Shown here: one piece after another, positions 31,204-40,921 of the stretch
How the letters are laid out: every line of letters begins with the position of its first letter
Position numbering within the stretch: position 1 is the stretch's first letter
Assembly (NCBI GenBank): GCA_965208105.1
Contig: OZ242318.1
Span: 4,736,001-4,800,000, forward strand
Direction: 5' to 3'
Source: Candidatus Latescibacterota bacterium
GTDB taxonomy: Bacteria > Latescibacterota > UBA2968 > UBA8231
DNA: 64,000 nucleotides
Notes under the pieces: model-generated
Databases searched by the model: none
Seen by the model: only the letters and a program-made list of their open reading frames with translations
Told to the model about the DNA's origin: nothing
Translations under genes and position numbers: made by a program

Positions 31204-32688
31204 ATGAACTTTCGTCCACCGAGGCCGCGGGGGATGTGGGATACCTGGATTTTTCCATGGGAGGACAGCTTCCACCTGTTCTATCTTGAGAACTTCGGCT
31301 CGGGGTCAACTCACGTGGGCCACTGGGTCGGCCAGGATCTCCTTCACTGGGAAGAACGCCAGTCCATACCCGTCATCACGGGAAAGCCGGGCGATTGGAA
31401 CGCGGAGGGCCCCATTCTCACCGGAATGGTGGTCCACCGTGAAGGGAAGTTCTACCTCTATATCGGAGCCACCCGGGAGGGGGTCGAACTCACAGGCGTC
31501 TTCATCTCCGACGATCTCGATGTCTGGTCGCCTTATCATGGGAACCCCGTTTTCCGGCCTGCCGCTCCCCATTACCTGGACAGGCCCGTTCCTCCCTTCT
31601 TCTCGAGTAAGCTGGATTTCCGCGATCCCTTCATCTTTTTCCGCCCCGAAGACCGGCATTATCACGCGCTGCTGCACGGCCGTCTGCCGCAGTGGAGTCA
31701 CGAGCACACCGGAGCGGTGGTTGCCCATATGCGATCAGCCGACCTGCTCAGCTGGGAACATCTGCAGCCGGTCGACGCGCCTACCGGCAGGTTTGAAAAG
31801 ACCGAGATCCCCGATCTGTTCGCGATGGAGGAACGCCACTATCTCGCCTTCACCTCCAGGAGTCGGGGAGGAATCCGTCTCAGTACGGGTGGCCGGGACA
31901 ACGCGGACGGCACCTTCTACGCAATCTCGGATAGCTGGGACGGCCCATTTTCTCTGCCGGCGGACTATTTGCTGGTAGGTGCGGAGAAGGGGGTAATGGG
32001 GCCCTATGCCGGGCGCACCCTGGTTTGCGCCAGGGGCAGGATTCTCTACCACCATGTCGTTGGCGAGAGGCCGGCCCTCGCCGCTCCCAAGGAGGTGCGA
32101 ACGCAGCCAGACGGCTCGCTCTACCTTGAATACATGCCCCTGTTGGAGGACCTGGAGACGGAGACTCTATGCAGCTCTGCGACGGGTCTTTCCTGTTTCG
32201 AGGTGGCTGACTGGGGGGAGTGGGAGGAGCGCGAGGGAAGGATCAGGGGAAAGGCGGCAAACGTGGGGTCGTCCTGCCGGATCGCGGCAGGGGTCTCGGA
32301 TTTCCACCTGACCTGCACCGTTCGGATGATCTCGGCAGTCGGGGGCGGCGTGGTTCTGCGCCATCGCGATAATCGCGGAGTATGGATCTATTTCAACCGC
32401 AGACTGCTGCAAATGGAGATGGGTGGAGCGAGTTACCGGCCATTCATGGGTTGGTCCGGCCTCGGCGGAGGCGACAAGTGGAGATGCCTCCTGGAGCCGG
32501 GCAGGGAATACAACCTGCGCTGTTTCGCGCGTGATGAACATTTCGAGCTCTATCTCGACAACCGCTGGATTTTCACCCTGGTCCTTGCAGACGAGGCCAG
32601 GGTGGGCGATATCGAGCTGTTCGTCGAGGGGGGAGAAGTGGAGTTCTCGAATGTGCGCATAGCCTCGATCGAACCTCTGGGAGAGTAG
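31204..32688 (+). CDS. Glycoside hydrolase, clan GH-J (GH32-like) beta-propeller with C-terminal beta-sandwich; no signal peptide evident
   Basis: MWDTW (nucleophile D), FRDPF, TEIPDLF (acid/base E). Confidence 0.75.
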   Translation: MNFRPPRPRGMWDTWIFPWEDSFHLFYLENFGSGSTHVGHWVGQDLLHWEERQSIPVITGKPGDWNAEGPILTGMVVHREGKFYLYIGATREGVELTGVFISDDLDVWSPYHGNPVFRPAAPHYLDRPVPPFFSSKLDFRDPFIFFRPEDRHYHALLHGRLPQWSHEHTGAVVAHMRSADLLSWEHLQPVDAPTGRFEKTEIPDLFAMEERHYLAFTSRSRGGIRLSTGGRDNADGTFYAISDSWDGPFSLPADYLLVGAEKGVMGPYAGRTLVCARGRILYHHVVGERPALAAPKEVRTQPDGSLYLEYMPLLEDLETETLCSSATGLSCFEVADWGEWEEREGRIRGKAANVGSSCRIAAGVSDFHLTCTVRMISAVGGGVVLRHRDNRGVWIYFNRRLLQMEMGGASYRPFMGWSGLGGGDKWRCLLEPGREYNLRCFARDEHFELYLDNRWIFTLVLADEARVGDIELFVEGGEVEFSNVRIASIEPLGE

Positions 32689-32739
32689 GTGGCGCCTGCC
32701 CATTCCATCGACGCTCGACGGGGTTGACGGTGGGCCCGC

Positions 32740-33855
32740 TCAGCCTGGATCCTTTCCCTGGGCAGCCCAGGAATCGAAGGGGTTGTCGTCCCTGTCGAGC
32801 GGCAGCGCGACCCTGCTCCCGGCCATGTGGGCGGCGTGGGCGGCCATTGCCCATTGGACGTGACGACGTGCGGCTTTCCCCTGCAGCAACTCGAATTCGG
32901 GCTCGCGTCCCTCGATCAGGTCGATCATGGATTTGGCCATTCGGTGATGGGCATTTACCCATTTGTCGTCGTCCGGCGGCGGCTCGGCAGGAATTATCTC
33001 CCAGCGGTCGTCGTTGAAAAGGCGCGGGGCGACGCGCGGATGATAGTAGATGTCGGGCTCATTGCTCATGGGTCCGGGCAGGGAGAGGGTCCCTGCCGTG
33101 CCGTGAATGTCGATCCGATAGGGGCGCCGTTCGTCGTGGTCTCCCTCGTAGGATTCGCAGGCGGCGGCGAACCCTCCTTCGAACTGGTAGTAGGCTCTGA
33201 TTCCGTTCCCGGCAACCAGTCCCATCCCCTCTGCGCCTTGCTTCAAATCGGCAGGGGCGGCGTCGCGGCCGTTCACGGTAATGTGGGCGCTGCACCAAAG
33301 CGGCTGGCCCCAGACCTGGTCGAGGAAATCGAAGAAGTGCGGGTATAGATCGATGAACATCTGGTCGCCGCCGTGGGGGCCGTCCATGCAGTGAATGCGG
33401 CCCAAGCGAGGCTCGCCGATCTTTCCTTCCTTGATGAGCGGAATGGCGACGTGCTGGATAGGGGGATGGCCGCGCCAGGGACAGGCGAGGACGAGCAACT
33501 TGCCATTTTTCTCACAAGCGGAGACCATCCGGTCGACCTCGGCGGGAGTAGCGGCGATCGGTTTTTCGAGATAGACGTGGGTGCCGAGTTCTCCTGCGGT
33601 GGTGACCAACTGGCAATGGTCGCCCATTTCGCGCGAAGCAACGACCGTGATGTCAGGTCGCTCCTTTTCGAGCATCTCCCGGAAATCGGCATATCCGCTT
33701 TTGGCACCTGTTTTTTCCAGGGCTATCCTGCGCCCTGCATCGTCCGGGTCGGCCAGAGCGACAATTTCGGCACCTTCGACCCCGACGAAGGCCAGGTCCA
33801 GAAAATGGCCATAGTTGCCACGGCCGGTATGTCCAACTATTGCGACCCTCTGCAT
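32740..33855 (-). CDS. Gfo/Idh/MocA family NAD(P)-dependent oxidoreductase
   Basis: RVAIVG..G, HVYLEKP motif. Confidence 0.85.
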   Translation of the reverse strand: MQRVAIVGHTGRGNYGHFLDLAFVGVEGAEIVALADPDDAGRRIALEKTGAKSGYADFREMLEKERPDITVVASREMGDHCQLVTTAGELGTHVYLEKPIAATPAEVDRMVSACEKNGKLLVLACPWRGHPPIQHVAIPLIKEGKIGEPRLGRIHCMDGPHGGDQMFIDLYPHFFDFLDQVWGQPLWCSAHITVNGRDAAPADLKQGAEGMGLVAGNGIRAYYQFEGGFAAACESYEGDHDERRPYRIDIHGTAGTLSLPGPMSNEPDIYYHPRVAPRLFNDDRWEIIPAEPPPDDDKWVNAHHRMAKSMIDLIEGREPEFELLQGKAARRHVQWAMAAHAAHMAGSRVALPLDRDDNPFDSWAAQGKDPG

Positions 33856-33874
33856 ATCTTCCTCCCGAAATGTC

Positions 33875-34882
33875 CTACAACCTGACGGCTCTGCGGCTCT
33901 CGAACGACTCGTAGATCGCGTCGATGATCTTCATCTGAGCAATGCTGTTCTGCGCGGAGATGCACGGTTCGGTCTTGCCATCGAGGACATCGCACATGTG
34001 CTCGAGCTGTGGCTGGAACTGGTTGACTGGATCGAAATGATAGCGCTCGGTCCTGCCCGTGGTCCGGTGGTCCAGCCAGGTGGGCACGGTCTCGTTGTTC
34101 CAGGCAGATTCGGTCTTGAGGATTCCGGTTGTGCCCATGACCTCGAATTCCTGGCTCGAGCTGGTCTCGAACCCGACGGTGATCTGGGCGATACCCCCGC
34201 CGGGAAAAACCAGTTGGATATTGGCGCTGTCGTCCACCTCGAAGCCGGACCGTCCGGTGGCGAACACCTCGACAGGTTCCTCTCCTATCACCCACCGGGC
34301 ATGGTGGATATTGTAGCAGGCGAGGTCGAAGATACTGCCGCCGCCTTTCTTCTTGTTGAATCTCCAGTTTACATCGGGCTTGCGTGCGACGGATGCCTTG
34401 TTGGTGCAGAAAGTACTGCGGACGGTCATTGGTTGGCCGACTTTTCCGGCTTCGACGAGTCCAATGGCCTTGAGGTGCATGGGGTGATGACGGAATTTGA
34501 AGGCCTCGACGATTACGGCCTCGCCGTCGTTCACCGCCTCGACCAGGCGTTCGGCTTGCGAGGCCGTTTGGGTGAATGGTTTCTCGCAAAGGATGGCCCT
34601 GACTTTCCCCGATTTGGCAAGGCGGGCTCCGATTTCGGCGTGGTAGGAGCCCCAGGTACAGATGATGGCCAGGTCGATCTCCTGCTCTGCCAGCATCCGA
34701 TCCAGGTCGAGATAGGTGGACTCGACCTCCGGGAAGAGTTCCTGGTATCCGTCAATGGATTTCTGCGATATGTCGCAGACGGCCACTATGCGGGCCCGGT
34801 CGGTGAGAGAGCAGGCAACCGAGTGTGAGCGAGAAATGCCGCCTACTCCGACCAGAGCAACGCGATATGGTGATAAGGACAT
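33875..34882 (-). CDS. Gfo/Idh/MocA family oxidoreductase
   Basis: VALVGVGGI, ILCEKP, GGGSIFDLACY. Confidence 0.88.
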   Translation of the reverse strand: MSLSPYRVALVGVGGISRSHSVACSLTDRARIVAVCDISQKSIDGYQELFPEVESTYLDLDRMLAEQEIDLAIICTWGSYHAEIGARLAKSGKVRAILCEKPFTQTASQAERLVEAVNDGEAVIVEAFKFRHHPMHLKAIGLVEAGKVGQPMTVRSTFCTNKASVARKPDVNWRFNKKKGGGSIFDLACYNIHHARWVIGEEPVEVFATGRSGFEVDDSANIQLVFPGGGIAQITVGFETSSSQEFEVMGTTGILKTESAWNNETVPTWLDHRTTGRTERYHFDPVNQFQPQLEHMCDVLDGKTEPCISAQNSIAQMKIIDAIYESFESRRAVRL

Positions 34883-34964
34883 GTGCTTCCGCCAGTTTGG
34901 ATGGAAAGCATACGAAGATCGCAGATGGAGAGCAAGCATGCATAGCCTCCGTCGGAGTCGGTCG

Positions 34965-36311
34965 CTAGGCGCAAGCGCGCTTCCACCGCGAGCAGATGAA
35001 TTGGGACAAGGCATAGGCCAACATCCCACCCAGAATGTTGGCGAGGGCGATTCCCCACAACAACCCAGGCAGTCCGGCGGTACGGCCACCCGCGAAGGCG
35101 AGGGGGACATAGAACAGAAACATGTGTATCAGCGTCTGCAGCGCTGCGGCCCGGGGCCGTCCTATTGCGTTCAGTGTTTCCTCGCTGACATTCAGCACTC
35201 CGTAGAGGGCGTAGCCGAAGGGGATGATCCACAGATAGCGGACGATTTCGCGTTGAACGGCCGGTTCGGCGCTGAAAATGGCGGCCAGGGGTTCTCCCGC
35301 CAGCCGCAGCAGTCCGAGCATAGCCACTCCCCAGGCGAGAGAGAAAAGATAGCCGTATCGCCGCGCCTGATGGACTCTGGAGTACTCCCGGGCGCCCCAG
35401 TTCTGTCCCACCAGGGGAACCAGGGCTGAGCAGACGGCGGAAACCGGTATCAGGGCGAATGCCGATATGCGCTCCCCGGCCCCCCAGGCGGCAACCGCTG
35501 GAGCACCGAATTGGGCGATCAGGCGCGTGGCGATTCCCATAGCCACCGGTTGCATGAAATTTGTCGCCGCGGTGGGCACCGCAATGCCCAGGACTGCCCT
35601 CCAGGAGCGCCAGACATGGGCGAGACTGGGAGGACGGAAGTCGAGCATGCGATCGCGGTAGTGAAGGATGGCCAGGGAGGCCACCATGGTGCCGGCGCGG
35701 GCGATGACCGTCGCCCACGCCGCGCCTTTGAGTTCCATCCGCGGGAAGCCGAACCAGCCGAAAATCAGGATCGGGTCCAGAGCCAGGTTGGTCAGCATGG
35801 AAGCCACCATGATCATCGCAGGGAAGCGGGTATCGCCCCCTGCCCGGATGGAGGCATTGGCGACCATTGGCACCACCAGAAAGGCAACACCGCCGTACCA
35901 GATCAGCATGTAGTCGCGGATGAGCGGAAGGATGTCCGGACCTGCTCCGAGCAGGCGGAACAAAGGGTCGATTGTAAGCATGCCCAACCCCGCAAGGAGG
36001 GCTACAACAAGGAAGGAAAGAGCAATACTGTCCGAAGCCAGCCGGCGGACCGCTGCCTCATTGCCTGCTCCAATGGCGCGCGAAACCTCCGAGGTCGTGC
36101 CGGTACTCAGGGAGAAAGATACGCCCAGCAACACCATGACCACGGGGAAGGTGAAGCTCATCGCCGCCAGGTGCCTGGTCCCCAGTTGCGCAACGAAGTA
36201 GGTATCGGCCAGGTTGAAGAAAAAAATGGAAAGGAGGCCGATGGTCATCGGGCCGGCCAGACGGATAATCACCCTCGATACGGGTCCCTGGGTAAGTCTG
36301 GCTCGATTCAT
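34965..36311 (-). CDS. MATE family efflux transporter
   Basis: LTQGPV, NLADTYFVAQLG, NLALDPILIFG, GAAWAT, GQNWGA; multi-TM. Confidence 0.9.
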   Translation of the reverse strand: MNRARLTQGPVSRVIIRLAGPMTIGLLSIFFFNLADTYFVAQLGTRHLAAMSFTFPVVMVLLGVSFSLSTGTTSEVSRAIGAGNEAAVRRLASDSIALSFLVVALLAGLGMLTIDPLFRLLGAGPDILPLIRDYMLIWYGGVAFLVVPMVANASIRAGGDTRFPAMIMVASMLTNLALDPILIFGWFGFPRMELKGAAWATVIARAGTMVASLAILHYRDRMLDFRPPSLAHVWRSWRAVLGIAVPTAATNFMQPVAMGIATRLIAQFGAPAVAAWGAGERISAFALIPVSAVCSALVPLVGQNWGAREYSRVHQARRYGYLFSLAWGVAMLGLLRLAGEPLAAIFSAEPAVQREIVRYLWIIPFGYALYGVLNVSEETLNAIGRPRAAALQTLIHMFLFYVPLAFAGGRTAGLPGLLWGIALANILGGMLAYALSQFICSRWKRACA

Positions 36312-36459
36312 GCCACCTGCCGTCGTCCTCCGCTTCGAGCCCGCTCTTTCGCGCCGGGAGGAGTGCCGGCTGCCGGCCGGCCTTCCAATGGCCGTCCATT
36401 GCGCCAATGAGCGGTTGACCTGGGAGTAATCGGCACAGCTTCTCCCTTGGAGGCGGTAC

Positions 36460-36625
36460 TATCAGCCCGTTGAAATAGTCCATCCGGGCTGCGGCCGGCC
36501 CTGGCGTTCGAATACGGCGTTGCGCTCCCTCCCCGAATCCCCTCGATTCGCCTCGGTCGCACGCCTTGCCTTCGACCGCCATGCCTCGGCCTCGCCTGCA
36601 GAGCAACTTTATCAACGGGCTGCTA
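36460..36625. mobile_element. MITE-like non-coding element (166 bp)
   Basis: Terminal inverted repeats TATCAGCCCGTTGAAATAGT / TAGCAGCCCGTTGATAAAGT (17 of 20 match); internal GGCGTTG..CGCCTTG stem. Confidence 0.6.
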
Positions 36626-38254
36626 TGGGCTGGTTGGTTCTTCCTTGACCATCACTTCGATGAGCGCCGGGCGGCCCTCGAGGTTTGCTCTAGCTCCTCG
36701 GTCGAAGGCTGGAACGAGCTGCTCCGGGGTTTCGACCCGTTCGCTGTGGGCGCCGAGGGCCGCGCCTATTCTGGCATAGTCTCCGGTCAAGCGGTTGCTG
36801 CCCCAGCGCTCGGTGGCAGCGGGCATGTAGTGGGAATAGTTGGTCATCAGGCCATTGTTCAGGACGACTGTCATAATGGGGATTTCCGCCCGCGCACCCG
36901 TCTCGACATCCATTCCCGCCATTCCGAAGGATGCGTCTCCCATGATGTTGATGACCTGTTTCTCCGGCGCCGCCAGCTTTGCCCCAAGCGCCAGTCCCAA
37001 CCCGTAGCCGAGCTGGGTCGACTTGCCCCATCCAAGATATCCCCTCGGCGCGACCGGCTCCCAGAACGGAACGAACTGGTCGCGGGGAAATCCCGAGTCG
37101 TGAGTGACGATCGCGTTGGCGGCGTCAACTGCCTTGGCCAGCTCGGTGATTACCCTGTAGGGGTTGATGGGGACCTCGTCGGAGTGCAGCTTGGCGCCCC
37201 ACTCCGCCAGGAATGCCCGCTTCGAGCTGGCAATAGCGGGGGCGATGTCACGGCGGTCCCCGCGTCGCTTCTCACCTCCCTGGCGCTTCACCTCCTCGAT
37301 CATCTGGCGCAGGACAATCCTCGCGTCGCCAATCGCACCGCAGCGCACGTTGCGGTTTTTGCCAAGGTCCTCGGCGCAGTTGGTTACCTGCCCCAGGGTG
37401 ACTCCTTCGGGCATGGAGGTATTGAAATGATTGTTGGAGAAACTGGTCCCCAGGCCGAGCACGAAGTCGGTCTTGTCGAGAAAATGACGCACCATGCCGG
37501 TGGCGGAATATGCGCCAGCGCCCAGTGCCAGGGGATGGGTTTCGGGGAATGAGCTCTTGCCGGCCAGGGTTGTGAGCACCGGAATCCGGGTCAGCTCGGC
37601 GAAGGCAAGCAGTTCGGGGGCTGCCTCGGCCCACAGTACACCGTGGCCGGCGTTGATGAGGGGAAAGGAGGCCTCCAGCAAGGTCTTGACCAGGTCTCGC
37701 ACATCGTCGGCATCGCCGGCAGACTTGAATGATCTCGAAGGCAGGTAGTCGAAGCCGGCGTCGGGGAAGGTCTCGGCGCCAACATCCACCGGAGTCTCCA
37801 AAAGGACCGGACCCGGCCGCCCGTGCTTCAGCTGGCTGAAGGCCATGTGCATGAATTCGGGGATACGGCTTGCCATGTTGACGTGGGCCGACCACTTGGT
37901 TATGCCGCGGTAGTTTTCAACAGAATCAAAGTTGGGGTGGGATTGGTTGACCGGACGCGCGTGCCCGGCAGGCAGCACCAGAATCGGAATGGAGTCGGCG
38001 TAGGCCTGCGCCACGCCGCCGTAGGCGTTTTCGGCTCCCGGACCTTGTTGCATGACGAATACGCCGAACCTCCTGCCGTTGGCGACCCGGCTGAAGCCAT
38101 CGGCTATATTCACGCCCGTTCTTTCATGGCGGGAGATGATCGGCCGTATGCCCTCTTTGACCACCGCGTCGATCAGCGCGTTGTTGGGAAATGCTGCGAC
38201 CCACTCGACCCCTTCGGCTTTCAGAATCTTCGCCAATACCTCGTTGCCCGTCAC
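36623..38254 (-). CDS. Thiamine diphosphate-dependent enzyme (acetolactate synthase/benzaldehyde lyase-like superfamily)
   Basis: RHE catalytic Glu, GPGAEN, GRPGPVLLE, GDASFGM..VLNNG ThDP motif. Confidence 0.88.
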   Translation of the reverse strand: MTGNEVLAKILKAEGVEWVAAFPNNALIDAVVKEGIRPIISRHERTGVNIADGFSRVANGRRFGVFVMQQGPGAENAYGGVAQAYADSIPILVLPAGHARPVNQSHPNFDSVENYRGITKWSAHVNMASRIPEFMHMAFSQLKHGRPGPVLLETPVDVGAETFPDAGFDYLPSRSFKSAGDADDVRDLVKTLLEASFPLINAGHGVLWAEAAPELLAFAELTRIPVLTTLAGKSSFPETHPLALGAGAYSATGMVRHFLDKTDFVLGLGTSFSNNHFNTSMPEGVTLGQVTNCAEDLGKNRNVRCGAIGDARIVLRQMIEEVKRQGGEKRRGDRRDIAPAIASSKRAFLAEWGAKLHSDEVPINPYRVITELAKAVDAANAIVTHDSGFPRDQFVPFWEPVAPRGYLGWGKSTQLGYGLGLALGAKLAAPEKQVINIMGDASFGMAGMDVETGARAEIPIMTVVLNNGLMTNYSHYMPAATERWGSNRLTGDYARIGAALGAHSERVETPEQLVPAFDRGARANLEGRPALIEVMVKEEPTSP

Positions 38255-38393
38255 GGTTCACCGTCCTGTAGGTTTGAATTTCGGAGCATGCCACGGCTGC
38301 TGGATCGCCCGGGGAAAAGAACGGCACCCGGCGATGAATTTCTCCGCGGGAACCATCCTCGGTAGTTCGTCCGGAGTTTCCAATCGGCGGCAA

Positions 38394-39155
38394 TCAAGCC
38401 GGCCCATCCACCCCGAAGGCGCGCATGTAAATGCGCGTGATCTCGTTCAGATTGCCGTAAAAGGACCGCACCTCCGGATCGAGGTGATACTTCCAGAAGG
38501 ATGGAGGGATCAACGAGTCATTGGCCAGGTAAGGGCGTCCCCGGTGGCCATAGTAGACCTGCACGGTCTTGCGCTCATTGCGGGTCGGGCGGGTGGTGGC
38601 GGTGTGCAGCAGCGCCACGTTGAAGAGGCATACCGTGCCGGCCGCGCCGTGGATATGGACGCAGCCGGCGCGCTGGAGCTGTTTTGCGTTGTCATCCAGG
38701 ACCGGATCGTCGATGGACTCGGGCGAAATTGAGAAGCAGTGGGTGGTCTGGTCGACATCCGTGAGGTAGAGCATGAGTTGTATATAGTCCATGCGCAGGG
38801 GATGAGCGTTCCAGTGTGGACGATCGCGGTGCCAGTGCTGCTTGACCTCGCCGTCGTATGGTCCCATGGAGCGAATGCCGATCTCACCGAAGCAGACGGG
38901 GCCGCCCATGAGCTCTTCAACGGCCTGCATGATGCGAGGATGGCGGACCACTGCGTCGAACTCAGGAGTGGTTACCAGGGCGTCGTAGTTGCCGTCCTGG
39001 GTGCCCCGTCGCATCCACCGAAAGGGGGCCTTCTTGCGATCGGCGTCGAAAAGACCGACGAACTCCCCTATTTCACGGGGATTCAGCAGGTCGGTGCGAA
39101 CCAGGTATCCCTTGTGGCGGAAGAAGTCCAGGTTATCTTGGGTGAGGATGGTCAT
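38394..39155 (-). CDS. Phytanoyl-CoA dioxygenase (PhyH) family Fe(II)/2OG enzyme (start uncertain)
   Basis: FFRHKGYLV, WHRD (HxD), YLTDV, GTVCLFN..LLH, conserved downstream Arg. Confidence 0.85.
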   Translation of the reverse strand: MTILTQDNLDFFRHKGYLVRTDLLNPREIGEFVGLFDADRKKAPFRWMRRGTQDGNYDALVTTPEFDAVVRHPRIMQAVEELMGGPVCFGEIGIRSMGPYDGEVKQHWHRDRPHWNAHPLRMDYIQLMLYLTDVDQTTHCFSISPESIDDPVLDDNAKQLQRAGCVHIHGAAGTVCLFNVALLHTATTRPTRNERKTVQVYYGHRGRPYLANDSLIPPSFWKYHLDPEVRSFYGNLNEITRIYMRAFGVDGPA

Positions 39156-39445
39156 TTTGAAAGTGGCCTGGTCATGTAAGGGGAATTTATCGGCAGGGCA
39201 GGCCCATGCTGTGGCCGGCCGGACGAATATCATAGGCAACTTCGCTGCGGCAGTCCAGGCCGATGGAAACCTTCAGGCCGGAAAGGGAGCCCGGTTCCAT
39301 GGGGTAGACAGCCTCTGACCGGGCCCGGCGGACGACAGGGAGAAGGATCGTGAAAATAGCGGCAACAATCGGCTGGAAACTCGATGCGGCGAAGCCCGCC
39401 CAAAGGTAGGAGGGCCATGGTGCAAATTATCCACGGAGTGCGGAA

Positions 39446-40747
39446 ATGGACCTGACCAGGCAACCTCCACGCCGCCCTTCGAACGACAGTGTCGCCGGAA
39501 TTGTCGGGCTGGCGCGCATGATCGACAAGGCGCGCGGCCACAACGCCGGCACCATTGGCGAGTTCAAGTACGGAGACGACTCGGGCCTCGATGCCGAGGT
39601 TCTCCGATTCATCAACATGGAAGCCGCCGAGTTCGCCAGGTCGGCCGGCGAACTGGACGACGATTCCCTGGGCGAGCTGGCCCTGGATAAGGCCCGGAAG
39701 AGCCAGGCGGCGATCGCTGCCTTCAACGAGGAACACCTGACCCGCGAGCCCCAGGACGAATTGCACCATCGGCTGCTCGCGGAGCGGGTCGCCAGGTACG
39801 CCCCGGACCGCAGGGACGTCAGGACGGTGTTCTCCTCCATTGAATTGGATGACTGGGGGGCGTTCAGGGACTCGGACCTGACCCGCGAGCCTCCGCGCAG
39901 TCCCTATGTCCGCAGTGTATTCGGTGTGTTTGGAGCGGCCCGAATGGCCGACAAGGCCCGTGCAGCAACGTGCGGAAAGCTGGGCGAGTACCGCTATGGG
40001 GTCGATTCGGGCCAGGACAGGGCGATTCTGGACTTTCTGGGCCTGGACCAGGAGGTCTTTTGCCGAGTTGCGCGTGGAAATCCCAACGACGACGAGCTGA
40101 GTGAGGAAATCGCTCGCCGTTGCGGAAAATCGCCCGCCGAAAAAAGCGTTTTCAACGTCCGGCAGGCCAACCTCGGCCGCAGCGGGGCGATGCGCCAGCG
40201 GCTGGAAAGGCGCCGCTCGGAGGTCGCCCCCCAGTGCGGGGAAATCGAGACTTTCTTCGACCTGCAGGACCTCGACGACGAGTTGAGCTTCGGCTTGACC
40301 GACCTGCGCCGGCACCCGCCGCGCAGTCCCTTCGACCTGGGCGTCGGTGGCCTCGCCTGCCTGGCGCGGATGATCGACAAGTTCAGGGCGGCGCGCTGCA
40401 ATTGCCTGGGAGGGTACTGGTACGGGGAGGATTCAGGTCTGGACCGGGCGGTCCTCGAATTTCTCGGTATCGACCCGAAGATCTTCGCCGGGGCCATTGC
40501 CTCCTGCGCAAGCGACGAGGAGGTGACGGAGTGGCTCGATAGCCGGCTGTCAGGCAAAAGCGACAGTGAGAAGGCGCGCTTCAACGAAGGGCTGCTGGCA
40601 TTTGGTCCGCGCAGCGAAGGTCACTGGCGCTTCCTGCGCGGATCCCTTGCCCGGCTCGACCCATCGCGCACCGATATTCAAACCTTCGCCGCCCTTGTCC
40701 TCCTCGACGACAGGCTGACCTTTGCGAGGCTCAAGGCCGGCGTTTGA
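39446..40747 (+). CDS. Protein with three tandem DUF5069-like domains
   Basis: Three repeats of DLxxxPPRxP..ARMxDKxR..G.GxYxYG.DSGxD..L.F.G. Confidence 0.75.
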   Translation: MDLTRQPPRRPSNDSVAGIVGLARMIDKARGHNAGTIGEFKYGDDSGLDAEVLRFINMEAAEFARSAGELDDDSLGELALDKARKSQAAIAAFNEEHLTREPQDELHHRLLAERVARYAPDRRDVRTVFSSIELDDWGAFRDSDLTREPPRSPYVRSVFGVFGAARMADKARAATCGKLGEYRYGVDSGQDRAILDFLGLDQEVFCRVARGNPNDDELSEEIARRCGKSPAEKSVFNVRQANLGRSGAMRQRLERRRSEVAPQCGEIETFFDLQDLDDELSFGLTDLRRHPPRSPFDLGVGGLACLARMIDKFRAARCNCLGGYWYGEDSGLDRAVLEFLGIDPKIFAGAIASCASDEEVTEWLDSRLSGKSDSEKARFNEGLLAFGPRSEGHWRFLRGSLARLDPSRTDIQTFAALVLLDDRLTFARLKAGV

Positions 40748-40921
40748 GGACCCGACCCTTCACAGGAAGCGGGTGCGGGTGGAACCGCAAGGCACCCGTG
40801 ATGAGACCTCTCCAGCAGAAGAGTGACAACCTTCCGGAAGCTCGGTCCCCAGGTCAGGGCAAACAGCCATCATCAGCCGGGCACCGGCACTCCCTTCATC
40901 CTTTCGGAACCCTCCAGTCAG

